Sequence record: OP079919.1
Strand: one strand, 5' to 3'
DNA: 64,000 nt
Each line of letters starts with the position of its first letter. Position 1 is the first letter of the stretch. Of the stretch, positions 9,266 to 18,506 are shown piece by piece. Below the pieces are notes generated by a model. That model did not search any database. It saw only the letters and a program-made list of their open reading frames with translations, and was not told the origin of the DNA. Both the position numbers and the translations under genes were made by a program.

Positions 9266-9636
9266 TGGACGAAAATAACGTAATAGGTCAGACTTACGAA
9301 AGTATTATGTCAGATCGTTTCAAGATGTACGAGTTTAGAACCAAATTGGGTTATGCTCGGTATAACGACCTTTCAGCTAAAATATTTTTTACTATTAAGA
9401 AGATAAGGGCGTTAAAAAAAGAAATCAAAAAATGTCAACGATTAGGCGCCGAGTTGGGTATTTCGGGTAAAACGGTTTATCGGTTAGGGACTCGCAGTTT
9501 TATTGCCGAGCTTAACATGGAACTTGCGTCCCTGCGAATGCTAATCGGTAAAAGAAAAGAAAAAATGGAAGAGTTAAGAAGATTAATTGGCGAGCGCAAC
9601 GACGCTTACAATAAACTTAATAACCTGGAGAAATAA
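9262..9636 (+). CDS. coiled-coil hypothetical protein
   Basis: heptad-like basic sequence, ATGA overlap. Confidence 0.7.
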   Translation: MMDENNVIGQTYESIMSDRFKMYEFRTKLGYARYNDLSAKIFFTIKKIRALKKEIKKCQRLGAELGISGKTVYRLGTRSFIAELNMELASLRMLIGKRKEKMEELRRLIGERNDAYNKLNNLEK

Positions 9637-9637
9637 A

Positions 9638-10231
9638 ATGGCAAATATTGAATTAATAAAGCAAACCAACGAAGAAGCTTTCAATGACCCACACCCTGGC
9701 GATCTCTGGCACGAGATGTTTAACGAGCAACTCCGGGTTATTAAGGTTAATGACGACGGGTCCTTATTTATCAGATACTCCCCATCTGGAATAAACCAGA
9801 TCTTGAAGATTAATCGCTCGCAGTTCGCCCTTATGTTAAAGTACAAGCATAATGATAATTTTTGTCTTGACGTGATAAGGGGCAAGAGTGTTTTCGATCT
9901 CCCAAGAAAGATCAGTAACGGTTTATTCGTTAAATTTGAAGACAGCGGTTTAAGCTGCCGGGTGGTGGAAGTCTTTAAAGACGTTTACGTTGTTGCAGAC
10001 GCTAGCGCGCTGACTAACCTTTGCCTGGAAGTTGGGATGAAGAAGCCGTTAGTTCCCGATAATTTGCGTTATCCTTTAATTGTTCATCTTGGCGGGGTAG
10101 GTCAAGCCGATGAGTTACTAAAAGAAACCTCTCTAGCAAAAATTAATCGCATCTTTGACTCGGTCAATTACAATAACTCGGTCAAAACGATTTACAGCTA
10201 TAATCACTGGTTGCTGTTCCGTAATTTTTAA
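9638..10231 (+). CDS. hypothetical protein
   Basis: start moved to ATG 9638 (GGAG RBS). Confidence 0.7.
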   Translation: MANIELIKQTNEEAFNDPHPGDLWHEMFNEQLRVIKVNDDGSLFIRYSPSGINQILKINRSQFALMLKYKHNDNFCLDVIRGKSVFDLPRKISNGLFVKFEDSGLSCRVVEVFKDVYVVADASALTNLCLEVGMKKPLVPDNLRYPLIVHLGGVGQADELLKETSLAKINRIFDSVNYNNSVKTIYSYNHWLLFRNF

Positions 10232-10240
10232 GGATTCGAT

Positions 10241-10678
10241 ATGAGTTTACGTGCTTTGTATTGCGGTGGTGTTGTTAAAAATGGAATAGTGGCTTGGGGG
10301 AACCATATCCCAGTTACTCATCGAGAAACTTTCCTTCAATTTAAATTTCAACTCAAAGGATGTAAATCGGCTGGGTTCTTAGGGGACGAAGAAGGGTATT
10401 TGAAAATTTATGGTAAGAGTATTAGTCTCGGTATCGAGGCTAATGATTTTACTAATAAACGAATCAGGGCGGGTCAAGACAACTACCGGTTCTTCCGTTG
10501 CATGGTGACCGTAGGTAACTACGAATTCCCGTTATTATTTTGCGGAACTTACGAACCTGAGTTCTTTGAGTTACGTAAGGAAATCACCAGAGACGAGCTT
10601 GGCGATGCGTTAAGTCAGCTCGAACAACTGGGTTGCAATTATGTCAGCAACGATCGCAGAACCGTTAACTGGCTTTAG
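10241..10678 (+). CDS. hypothetical protein
   Basis: TAAGGA RBS. Confidence 0.7.
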   Translation: MSLRALYCGGVVKNGIVAWGNHIPVTHRETFLQFKFQLKGCKSAGFLGDEEGYLKIYGKSISLGIEANDFTNKRIRAGQDNYRFFRCMVTVGNYEFPLLFCGTYEPEFFELRKEITRDELGDALSQLEQLGCNYVSNDRRTVNWL

Positions 10679-10687
10679 GAAAATGAA

Positions 10688-11911
10688 ATGTTCGAATATC
10701 TCATTCAGATAAATCAGGTTCTCTCTTCTGTCCCTATTATCGGTGGGAGTTTAGCGGTAGCCTTAGGCGGCGGGATCATTGCCGCCTTCTGGAAAGGTCC
10801 AGCGTTACTCTCGAGGATTTTTAACTCCACTGTTGTGGTTTCCTTCACTCTTAATAACTCAGGGTGGGGCAATAATACCAAGCACTACATTGCGTTTATT
10901 AAATGGTTTAACCGTTCAGATATTCTTAAGATAACGCGATCTACTGGTTACGAGGCCGTTTACGACAGCTCTGGTAAAGGGCCTAGTGTCGGCAGTCATT
11001 TATTTCGATTTAAGAATAAATGGTACTATCTCAAAATCAAAGAACTCCCTTCTACGGGAAGCGAGCGTGAGAAGAAAGAGATATGTATAAAGACGTTAGG
11101 GTGTTCTGTCAGCATTTTCGACGATCTCTTCGAGGCCTTTAAGGATAAGACGGATGACGACGGAGAACTCAAAGTAAAACGGTTCAGGGACAATTACTGG
11201 TACGACGCCTGTCTTCTCAGCAGAAGGTCGTGGGATACCGTCATCTTAAACAAAGAAAAGAAGGTGGAAATAGTCGAACTCATCGAAGAGTTTTACGCGT
11301 CGAGGGAGTGGTACCGAGAAAGAGGAATACCGTATAAACTCGTTATTGTTTTGTACGGCCCGGCCGGGACGGGTAAGAGTACTGTTATCAAAGCGTTAGC
11401 ACGCTTGTTTAACAAAAACCTTAACCTCATTTATCTTCACCAAATGACGGATAACACCTTCCCGGCCAGCATAGAGACGGTAGAGCAAGATTCTTTTATT
11501 GCCATAGAGGATTTTGATACGGTTTCTTCTATAGGGTCGAGGACCAAACCTAAGGAGGAAAAAGATCCGTTCCAAATAGACCTTTCAGACGGAGGATTAA
11601 ACCTGACCACTGTTTTAAATACATTGGATGGGATCGCCGAATTGAATGGTCAGGTCATCTTTATGTCAACCAACCATCTTGAAAAGATCGACAGTGCGCT
11701 GATCAGAACGGGTAGGGTGGATGCAAAAATCCACATCGGGTTTTTAGGTAAAGAAGAGGTCGGAGACTTTATTCAAATGATGTATCCCGGAACAGAAACT
11801 GATTTGGATTTTGTTACAGAAATCTCTGGGTCGGATCTTCAGTCGTATGCGTTAGCCAACAAAAGAAATTCGGAAGGTTTCTTAAAAGAGCTTAAGGACC
11901 ATTTTAAATAA
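10688..11911 (+). CDS. BCS1-like membrane-anchored AAA+ ATPase
   Basis: N-terminal hydrophobic segment, BCS1_N-like region, Walker A GPAGTGKS, Walker B IEDFD, LNTLDG, STNH, LIRTGRVD. Confidence 0.85.
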   Translation: MFEYLIQINQVLSSVPIIGGSLAVALGGGIIAAFWKGPALLSRIFNSTVVVSFTLNNSGWGNNTKHYIAFIKWFNRSDILKITRSTGYEAVYDSSGKGPSVGSHLFRFKNKWYYLKIKELPSTGSEREKKEICIKTLGCSVSIFDDLFEAFKDKTDDDGELKVKRFRDNYWYDACLLSRRSWDTVILNKEKKVEIVELIEEFYASREWYRERGIPYKLVIVLYGPAGTGKSTVIKALARLFNKNLNLIYLHQMTDNTFPASIETVEQDSFIAIEDFDTVSSIGSRTKPKEEKDPFQIDLSDGGLNLTTVLNTLDGIAELNGQVIFMSTNHLEKIDSALIRTGRVDAKIHIGFLGKEEVGDFIQMMYPGTETDLDFVTEISGSDLQSYALANKRNSEGFLKELKDHFK

Positions 11912-11935
11912 CCTTTTATTTTAGGACAAACATCG

Positions 11936-12490
11936 ATGATTTTACAAGCAGTTAGCGTCGGTGGTAAGAAAACCACCATAGAAATAGAAGAAGGGCTTGT
12001 TAATGTTTGGCTGTTAGCTAAGCACGACGTCTTCTTACAAAACTTACCTCCTCTGGTTTGTCATGCATTGATTAAAGAGCATATCGAACGCAATATTACC
12101 CGTCGACCTGACATTCCTTTAACAGCCCAAGTACGCGAGCTGATGTACCGCGATATTACCATTAAGCTCAACGGTAAACCAAACTCGGTCATTCCCGTAA
12201 TTAAAGTAAGGCCGAGTAAAACCAGAAACCAGCTGAACCGAATCGTCAAAGAGTACTTCACGGTAAACAGCATGGAGTTCGATAAGAAACTCACTGTTGG
12301 TGAAATGCGTAAATTGGAGAAATACCTCCTTTCCTTTTACAAAGAACCCGTGCAGATTCACAAGAAAGAATTCCCTAATGGGGTTTATAAACTCATCGGC
12401 GTGGAATACGAAAATGAGCGGTTTGAAATAACCTTCTCTGACGATTTCTTCTTCGCTTTATATAAGGGCCCAGAATACCATGTTCAATAA
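11936..12490 (+). CDS. hypothetical protein, possible DNA-binding
   Basis: TTTAGGA RBS; weak RHH-like N-terminus. Confidence 0.6.
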   Translation: MILQAVSVGGKKTTIEIEEGLVNVWLLAKHDVFLQNLPPLVCHALIKEHIERNITRRPDIPLTAQVRELMYRDITIKLNGKPNSVIPVIKVRPSKTRNQLNRIVKEYFTVNSMEFDKKLTVGEMRKLEKYLLSFYKEPVQIHKKEFPNGVYKLIGVEYENERFEITFSDDFFFALYKGPEYHVQ

Positions 12491-12899
12491 TGTCATTTTA
12501 TTTGTCTATGACGATAGTGAGCTCGCTACCCAGTACACCGTGGCTAATAAAGGTGGAACAAGAAGATTAACAACCCCAGGTCACAGTGTTCTCTTATCTG
12601 ACGTCAAAGATAGAGTGGGGAAAAGCAGTTTCCATAACAGCATTGTGGTATTTGTACGAGGAGGGGCTTTCTTTGTTTTCATGTGCGGGTCCGTTCTATA
12701 CGGATTGGTGGGTGATCTCGATCACCTTCTGGATCACTTGTTGAAGATCAGGGACGAACTCAATACTCGGGCAGACATACGCAATCGGACAATACTGCAT
12801 ATCTCCGAGGCAGGATTCGGGCGGTACGACATCATTCCGACCATCGATCCCGTCGCGCACAAGGCATTGGCTGATTACCAAAATAATAAATTATTCTAA
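12480..12899 (+). CDS. hypothetical protein
   Basis: ORF overlapping upstream stop. Confidence 0.65.
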   Translation: MFNNVILFVYDDSELATQYTVANKGGTRRLTTPGHSVLLSDVKDRVGKSSFHNSIVVFVRGGAFFVFMCGSVLYGLVGDLDHLLDHLLKIRDELNTRADIRNRTILHISEAGFGRYDIIPTIDPVAHKALADYQNNKLF

Positions 12900-12902
12900 C
12901 AG

Positions 12903-12934
12903 TTACTGGAGTGGGGATGACCCCACTCCAGTAA
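12903..12934 (+). terminator. intrinsic terminator
   Basis: perfect 14-bp stem TTACTGGAGTGGGG/CCCCACTCCAGTAA, long poly-T. Confidence 0.85.
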
Positions 12935-12964
12935 GTTATTTTTTTTTTCATATTATTTTAAAAC

Positions 12965-12972
12965 TATATTAC
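12965..12972 (+). promoter_or_regulatory. phiKZ-type early promoter core TATATTAC
   Basis: exact match to phiKZ early consensus, T-rich upstream, 43 nt before ATG 13016. Confidence 0.7.
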
Positions 12973-13015
12973 CTAAACGTATAGACAACTTCTTTTATTT
13001 AACTGGAGTAGTAAA

Positions 13016-13264
13016 ATGATTTATTTCGATTTAGATTTTTTACTCGGGTCTAAGATCACGAAAGAAGAATTTAAGGAACTATTTCCGGATGCGGATCCCG
13101 ACCACCTATCCTGTTCTTCTACCGAGGAGGAAATCGATTTCGAAAATGCTTTTTGTGCGGAAGATCCTTATGATTCGGAAATCCTTCACCGATCTGTACC
13201 CATAATCGAAGGATCAAAATCAGATTTAATTTCGTCATACAAATTAGCGGAGGATGAGATATGA
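13016..13264 (+). CDS. small acidic hypothetical protein
   Basis: GGAG RBS, D/E-rich. Confidence 0.7.
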   Translation: MIYFDLDFLLGSKITKEEFKELFPDADPDHLSCSSTEEEIDFENAFCAEDPYDSEILHRSVPIIEGSKSDLISSYKLAEDEI

Positions 13265-14253
13265 TTATTGCTTTAAAAACGTTTGTTGGTAGTAAACTGT
13301 TTGGATTAGAAACAGAGAATTCGGATACGGATATAAAGGGAATTTATATTCCTTCTGCTAAGGATATTCTTCTGCATCGTTATCACCCTGTGATCGATAA
13401 ATCTTTTAATAAGGGGACTTATCGAGCCAACAAGCCGGAAGATACAGATGAAGTCTATTTCTCTTTGGACAAGTTTATCGAGCTTCTCATAAAAGCCGAT
13501 ACAACGGCTTTCGATATGCTGCACGCACCAGAAAGTAAAATCCTCATCTCCACTGACATTCATCACGAGCTTTGGAGAAACCGGTCCAAGTTTTATACTA
13601 GCCGATTGGATGGTCTGTTCGGCCAGGTTATTACCGAAGCGAATACTTACGGTGTTCGGAGTATGCGAGCTGCCGTTTTAAAAGAGGTCGTTGAAATCGT
13701 TTCTTCGTGGGATGATTTTAAATTGTCGGGATGCAGATTGGGCGGACTGATTTCTCAGCTCCCAGTCGATAACGTGTACACGCGTATAACGCGGGATGAG
13801 ACACAGAGGGCTGGCTGTCAGGATTTCTATGAAATTCTAGATCGTAAATTTCAGTACACCATCTCGGCTTTGAAATTCAAAACTGCTATTCTGGAATTAT
13901 GGTCTTCCTACGGAGAAAGGGTTAAGAAGGTGGAGTTATCTGGGGGTAATGATTGGAAGGCGTTAAGTCATGCTTTCAGAATCGGATATCAGCTGTTAGA
14001 TATCTACCGAGAAGGCGATTACACTTTTCCTTTAAAGCAAAGCTCTACGATTATGAAAATTAAACTCGGGGAGGTTTCAGAAGAAGAATCAAGAGAAATG
14101 CTGAATCAACTCATTTCCGATGTTAAAACTGCAGCAGGTAAATCCGGACTTCCCACTGAGGTTGACCCAGAACCCTGGTACGATTGGGTCGCGGACGTTT
14201 ACGCTGGAGTAGTTAAGAAAGCTTACTTACCTAAGGGGTTTAGATTGTCATGA
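13261..14253 (+). CDS. Pol-beta-superfamily nucleotidyltransferase (RlaP/Nuc-transf-like)
   Basis: VGSKLFGLETENSDTDIKGIY motif; C-terminal helical domain (WKALSHAFR..LMKIKLG). Confidence 0.85.
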   Translation: MIIALKTFVGSKLFGLETENSDTDIKGIYIPSAKDILLHRYHPVIDKSFNKGTYRANKPEDTDEVYFSLDKFIELLIKADTTAFDMLHAPESKILISTDIHHELWRNRSKFYTSRLDGLFGQVITEANTYGVRSMRAAVLKEVVEIVSSWDDFKLSGCRLGGLISQLPVDNVYTRITRDETQRAGCQDFYEILDRKFQYTISALKFKTAILELWSSYGERVKKVELSGGNDWKALSHAFRIGYQLLDIYREGDYTFPLKQSSTIMKIKLGEVSEEESREMLNQLISDVKTAAGKSGLPTEVDPEPWYDWVADVYAGVVKKAYLPKGFRLS

Positions 14254-14438
14254 CGCCGACGATGATTTTAGGAAGTTGTTTTGTGGTAGGGGGTTTTATC
14301 TTCCTTTACGTCTTAATCAGAATCTTAATTAAGAACAGCTTAGATGGCTTCGACCGAATGTTTATTGCGGGGGCTGGGTTAACAGCCGTCGGCTTTATTA
14401 TTTTCTCAGCAGGGTTGATACAGGGGGTTGCGCCGTGA
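14250..14438 (+). CDS. small two-TM membrane protein
   Basis: two hydrophobic segments, coupled overlaps. Confidence 0.65.
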   Translation: MTPTMILGSCFVVGGFIFLYVLIRILIKNSLDGFDRMFIAGAGLTAVGFIIFSAGLIQGVAP

Positions 14439-14722
14439 ACGAAGAAACCATTGCGATTATTTTGACAAAAGATAAAGTTATTAACGATCTTCCATGTGAG
14501 CTTCGAGAATGGGTGACTTGCTGGAACCACGAAGGTTTCTTTGTATTAGGTCGATCAGGTCAGTTTCCCTGGGGTACCATTTGCTGCATTGGGGAGGGTA
14601 TTCCCGAGTTTATTACTTCGGAAGAAGCTGAGAAAATATTAATCAAAGCAAAGGCGGTCGCCAAGGTATTAGAAGAGGCATATCACGATTTTGCCAAGAC
14701 GTCTTTCCTTACCCCTGAGTAA
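14435..14722 (+). CDS. hypothetical protein
   Basis: GTGA overlap. Confidence 0.6.
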   Translation: MNEETIAIILTKDKVINDLPCELREWVTCWNHEGFFVLGRSGQFPWGTICCIGEGIPEFITSEEAEKILIKAKAVAKVLEEAYHDFAKTSFLTPE

Positions 14723-14814
14723 AGATTCGGCATTCAACACATCAGGTGGTTACGAACACTACACCGCCAAACGTAGTTTAAAGCCCAGTGGGCTAAGATT
14801 AAGGAATCATTGAA

Positions 14815-15081
14815 ATGAAATATTTCTTAGGGTTGTTAGTTTTGTGTTGCAGTCTGTCCTATGCGAAAAACTCCACATTAAACGGGAGTTGTGTCGCAAT
14901 GGATCATTACGAAAAGACGGTTTATCAGTGCAGTGATGGAACGGTAACCGTCATGGACCAAGACAATGCGACCATTTGTCGTCCTAATGATTCAGCTGTT
15001 ACCGGGGGTGCTCAGCGCTGTTACCGGGTGGATTTAAAAACTGGTGAGTCGCATGAAGTAGAAAAAGGAGTTAACAAATGA
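14815..15081 (+). CDS. secreted Cys-containing small protein
   Basis: signal peptide MKYFLGLLVLCCSLSYA; four Cys in mature part; TAAGGA RBS. Confidence 0.7.
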   Translation: MKYFLGLLVLCCSLSYAKNSTLNGSCVAMDHYEKTVYQCSDGTVTVMDQDNATICRPNDSAVTGGAQRCYRVDLKTGESHEVEKGVNK

Positions 15082-15290
15082 TTGATTTCTTTTTCGCTCC
15101 GGTTTCTAAGGGATGGTTTATCGTTCAGGTCATGTGTACGGTTTACATTTTACTAAAATGCGTAACGTCCTATATCGAATACTGCAAGAACCCGAATAAA
15201 ACCGATCTGATCATTTATTGGATTCAGGCGGGACTCGGGATAATCGTAACAACAAAAACGATTTGTTTCTTGGCGGCTGGAAGTTTCTAA
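15078..15290 (+). CDS. small membrane protein
   Basis: two hydrophobic segments, AAGGAG RBS. Confidence 0.65.
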   Translation: MIDFFFAPVSKGWFIVQVMCTVYILLKCVTSYIEYCKNPNKTDLIIYWIQAGLGIIVTTKTICFLAAGSF

Positions 15291-15366
15291 ATGAAAAGCG
15301 TTCCCAGTCAACCAGGGATAAACTCAGACGCTTGAAAATCCACAGCACCCTGGAGGTTCCTTTGGT

Positions 15367-15705
15367 ATGGAACATGAATTAAAAATAGCTTTAGCGAGTT
15401 ACGGAAGATTAACTATATTAAACCCACTCAGGGGGATCATAGGACATTTTGTCCCAAGATTAATAGTAGAGTGGTCAGTAGAAGAGAGAACGCTCAGATT
15501 CCGTCCTAGCGGCACTGAGGGGAATAAGTATTATAAAGGGTTTATTAAGTTAAGTCCTACCGCATGCGTCCATTTAATAGCACCTATTCTTAGAAAAGCA
15601 GAATACGGTAAAAAGATGGATAATCCAGATATCGTTGAAGTTCTCGGACACACTGTTACAATCAAAGTCAAAGAACAAGACGGCTGGTATTGCGCACAAT
15701 TTTAA
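15367..15705 (+). CDS. hypothetical protein, paralog of 16192-16599
   Basis: GGAGG RBS; shared VE..RT.RF..S..GN and DGWY motifs. Confidence 0.7.
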   Translation: MEHELKIALASYGRLTILNPLRGIIGHFVPRLIVEWSVEERTLRFRPSGTEGNKYYKGFIKLSPTACVHLIAPILRKAEYGKKMDNPDIVEVLGHTVTIKVKEQDGWYCAQF

Positions 15706-15732
15706 CTCGAGTATCAATTTAGGAAAAATATC

Positions 15733-16182
15733 ATGCAATTAGATAACATTTGGTTTTTCGGTATAGACGCAGAAGATCTAGAAAATTTTAAAGCGATCTT
15801 TACCGTAGAAGGGTTAAAGGAACCCTTTGATTTTAATTTCATTCCCTTCACCATTTCGCCTCAGTCGATGGTCGCTCACACTAAAGAACTGACGATCACG
15901 CTTTACCCCGTTAAAGAGAAAATTTTATTAAATGGTAAAGTAGAACAAACGATCTTTAAAGGTTCCGACGGAAGGTTGTATTTTAACCTGGGTTCGATTA
16001 TCCAGGTGATGAATAGCCAAATAGCCGCCTTTGTAGCCAAATCCTTTTCTGGGTTTAATAAACTAGGCTGGTTTATTAAAGAGATCGACGGAAGTTTTAT
16101 CCTATTCAACGTCCAGAGCTTCAGTGACGAGGGGTTGATTAAACTGTATCGATCCTCTAGCGTAACCGATAGCTCCAATTAA
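15733..16182 (+). CDS. hypothetical protein
   Basis: TTTAGGA RBS. Confidence 0.7.
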   Translation: MQLDNIWFFGIDAEDLENFKAIFTVEGLKEPFDFNFIPFTISPQSMVAHTKELTITLYPVKEKILLNGKVEQTIFKGSDGRLYFNLGSIIQVMNSQIAAFVAKSFSGFNKLGWFIKEIDGSFILFNVQSFSDEGLIKLYRSSSVTDSSN

Positions 16183-16191
16183 GGAAACTTT

Positions 16192-16599
16192 ATGTTCGTT
16201 CCAATAAACTCCGTGGTGGATGATCGCCCCAAAATAACAGATGACGTTATCAGTATTTCTAAGACCGGACTATGTCGGTTTTACGAGGCCTTTGGTAAAA
16301 AGATCACGGCCGACGGTAATAGTTTGGTGGTAGAGTACGATCCCCTTCTCCGAACTATTCGATTCAAATCTTCGGCTACGGGAAACCGAAAAATAAAAAA
16401 CATGGCGTTTACTATTAAGGGTCGGATCGCTAAAGAGATAGTGGGGTCTATCCTTACTTCTTTCTTACACGGGGCGTATTTCGAGAAGTGTAAACGAACT
16501 GGTTTCAATACCGTGGCTTTTATACCCACTCTAAAAAGCGATGGTTGGTATTATATCGAACCAGGTAAAAGGGTAGGAAAAGGAGAATCATCGTGGTAA
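16192..16599 (+). CDS. hypothetical protein, paralog of 15367-15705
   Basis: TAAGGA RBS; motif match by eye. Confidence 0.7.
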   Translation: MFVPINSVVDDRPKITDDVISISKTGLCRFYEAFGKKITADGNSLVVEYDPLLRTIRFKSSATGNRKIKNMAFTIKGRIAKEIVGSILTSFLHGAYFEKCKRTGFNTVAFIPTLKSDGWYYIEPGKRVGKGESSW

Positions 16600-16784
16600 T
16601 CTCAAATGCCGTTATTGTTTTAGTAGTTTGGCTCACCGTTATCCCTCTCCTAATCTGGGAGACACGTAACGACGGTTACAAGCCGTTGAAGCGCTATATC
16701 TTCATCGTCATATGGCCTATCTCTGCGGTAGGGATATTCGTACATATCGTCTGGCAACTCCTGAAATATAAAGGATGGAAATAA
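16593..16784 (+). CDS. small two-TM membrane protein
   Basis: AGGAG RBS, GTG start, two hydrophobic segments. Confidence 0.65.
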   Translation: MVISNAVIVLVVWLTVIPLLIWETRNDGYKPLKRYIFIVIWPISAVGIFVHIVWQLLKYKGWK

Positions 16785-17131
16785 TGGGAATATTCTACGC
16801 CGGATTAATCCTTATTACCGGCCTTTTATTCGGGGTGGGATACTTTCTCTTTAAAAAGAGAAAAGACCCGCAGCTGGTATACTGGGACGACTGGATAAAA
16901 CTTCATTGGAAGAAGTTTTTAATCGTCTTAACAATCACGCTGGGTGTTTATACTCTAATTTGTATCAAGCCCCTTTATCACACAACCAAATGTTATTTCT
17001 ACGGTAAAACGTATAAGACGTATACTGAATACAGTTGGATTCTTGGTGAGTGTTTGTATAAAGGTAAGACGGGGGCGATGTTGCCTTTGCAGATCACTCG
17101 GGATAATCCAGACGGAGACGTCGAGGAGTAG
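16784..17131 (+). CDS. membrane protein
   Basis: two TM segments; TAATG coupling. Confidence 0.7.
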   Translation: MGIFYAGLILITGLLFGVGYFLFKKRKDPQLVYWDDWIKLHWKKFLIVLTITLGVYTLICIKPLYHTTKCYFYGKTYKTYTEYSWILGECLYKGKTGAMLPLQITRDNPDGDVEE

Positions 17132-17134
17132 AAC

Positions 17135-17572
17135 ATGATTTGGGTAAAACAAGCCTGTTCGTTATGGTACGAAAAAAGAACATTGAAGGACTGGGGAGAA
17201 ATCCTTACTTTTATTAGTATGTTCTGTTTGATTGTAACACTATGTGCGAGTTTTGCAACTAGTTCAGTTCTTTGGCTAACATTGTGTGCGATCAATATAG
17301 TACTGATGATTTCTTTAGGGCCTTTGTTCGACTGGTTACACAAAAACAAATCCACGATCGTAATGAGGGTAGAGCGCGAAAGGATGTTAAAAGATCCTTT
17401 CGATAGCATGATCCATGCTTATCTGGAAACAGACGGCGCTGATATTGAAGAACTGTTGGACGTACTGCGAATGGATTCGTTTACGTTACACAATCAAATT
17501 AAAAACACGGAGCTTAAAAGTAGGGTGTCTGACGCTATCGCCAAGATGCAGCGAAAACAAAGCTCAAATTAA
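17135..17572 (+). CDS. membrane protein
   Basis: GAGGAG RBS; two TM segments plus soluble tail. Confidence 0.7.
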   Translation: MIWVKQACSLWYEKRTLKDWGEILTFISMFCLIVTLCASFATSSVLWLTLCAINIVLMISLGPLFDWLHKNKSTIVMRVERERMLKDPFDSMIHAYLETDGADIEELLDVLRMDSFTLHNQIKNTELKSRVSDAIAKMQRKQSSN

Positions 17573-17584
17573 TTAGGAAAACAA

Positions 17585-18448
17585 ATGAAAACAGCAGAAC
17601 AACAGTATTTGGATTTAGGGTCTCGCATTGTCGAAGAAGGTGTGTGGGTAGAAAACAAACGAACCGGTGTGCGGTGCTTAACCGTGGCTAATGAGACCCT
17701 TCATTACGACGTGGAAAACGGGTTGACTCCTGTTCTCTCCACTCGCCCCGTCCCTTATAAAGGAGGGTTAGGCGAATTCATCGCTTACCTGCAAGGGAAA
17801 GGGAACGCTGCTGAATTCCGCGAACTGGGTTCCAACACCTGGAACTCCAATGCCAATGAGAACGAAGCCTGGTTGAAAAATCCTAACCGTAAGGGCGAGG
17901 ATGACATGGGTCGGGTCTATGGCGTTCAAGGTCGAGATTGGACCAACCAATTCGGTGCTAAGTTAGACCAGCTGAAGAAAATCATCGACAACCTTAATCG
18001 AGGAATCGATGATCGCGGAGAGATTCTGACTTTCTGGAATCCCGGAGAATTTGATTATGGGTGTTTGCGTCCTTGTATGCACACGCACCAGTTTACCCTA
18101 CTCGGCAATAAACTCCACCTCACCTCGGTGCAAAGAAGCTTCGATTGGGCGTTAGGTGGACCGGCAAATATGCTTCAATGTTATTTCTTCTTACAGCTGA
18201 TGGCTCAGGTCACGGGACATATCGCCGGTCAGGTCACTCATCACGTGGTCAACGCGCATATCTACGAGAACCAGCTGGAGTTGGCTAAAGAGCAACTCAA
18301 AAGAACTCCTCACCGAACAGATACTCAGTTCTGGGTTAATCCAAATATCCGCACCCTGGAAGATATCGATAAGATGACTAAGAACGACGTCAAACTTATC
18401 GGTTACTTCAGTGACTACGACCCGATCAAATATCCGTTTACGGTGTAA
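17585..18448 (+). CDS. thyA: thymidylate synthase
   Basis: RTG, VYGVQGR, catalytic LRPCMHTHQF, QRSFD..N, NAHIYENQ, IKYPFTV. Confidence 0.97.
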   Translation: MKTAEQQYLDLGSRIVEEGVWVENKRTGVRCLTVANETLHYDVENGLTPVLSTRPVPYKGGLGEFIAYLQGKGNAAEFRELGSNTWNSNANENEAWLKNPNRKGEDDMGRVYGVQGRDWTNQFGAKLDQLKKIIDNLNRGIDDRGEILTFWNPGEFDYGCLRPCMHTHQFTLLGNKLHLTSVQRSFDWALGGPANMLQCYFFLQLMAQVTGHIAGQVTHHVVNAHIYENQLELAKEQLKRTPHRTDTQFWVNPNIRTLEDIDKMTKNDVKLIGYFSDYDPIKYPFTV

Positions 18449-18467
18449 CTTGCAATAAAACAAAAAC

Positions 18468-18500
18468 TTTATCCTACCTGGGAATCCCAGGTAGGATAAA
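18468..18500. terminator. bidirectional terminator between convergent genes
   Basis: perfect 15-bp stem, A/T tracts on both sides. Confidence 0.85.
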
Positions 18501-18506
18501 TAAAGT

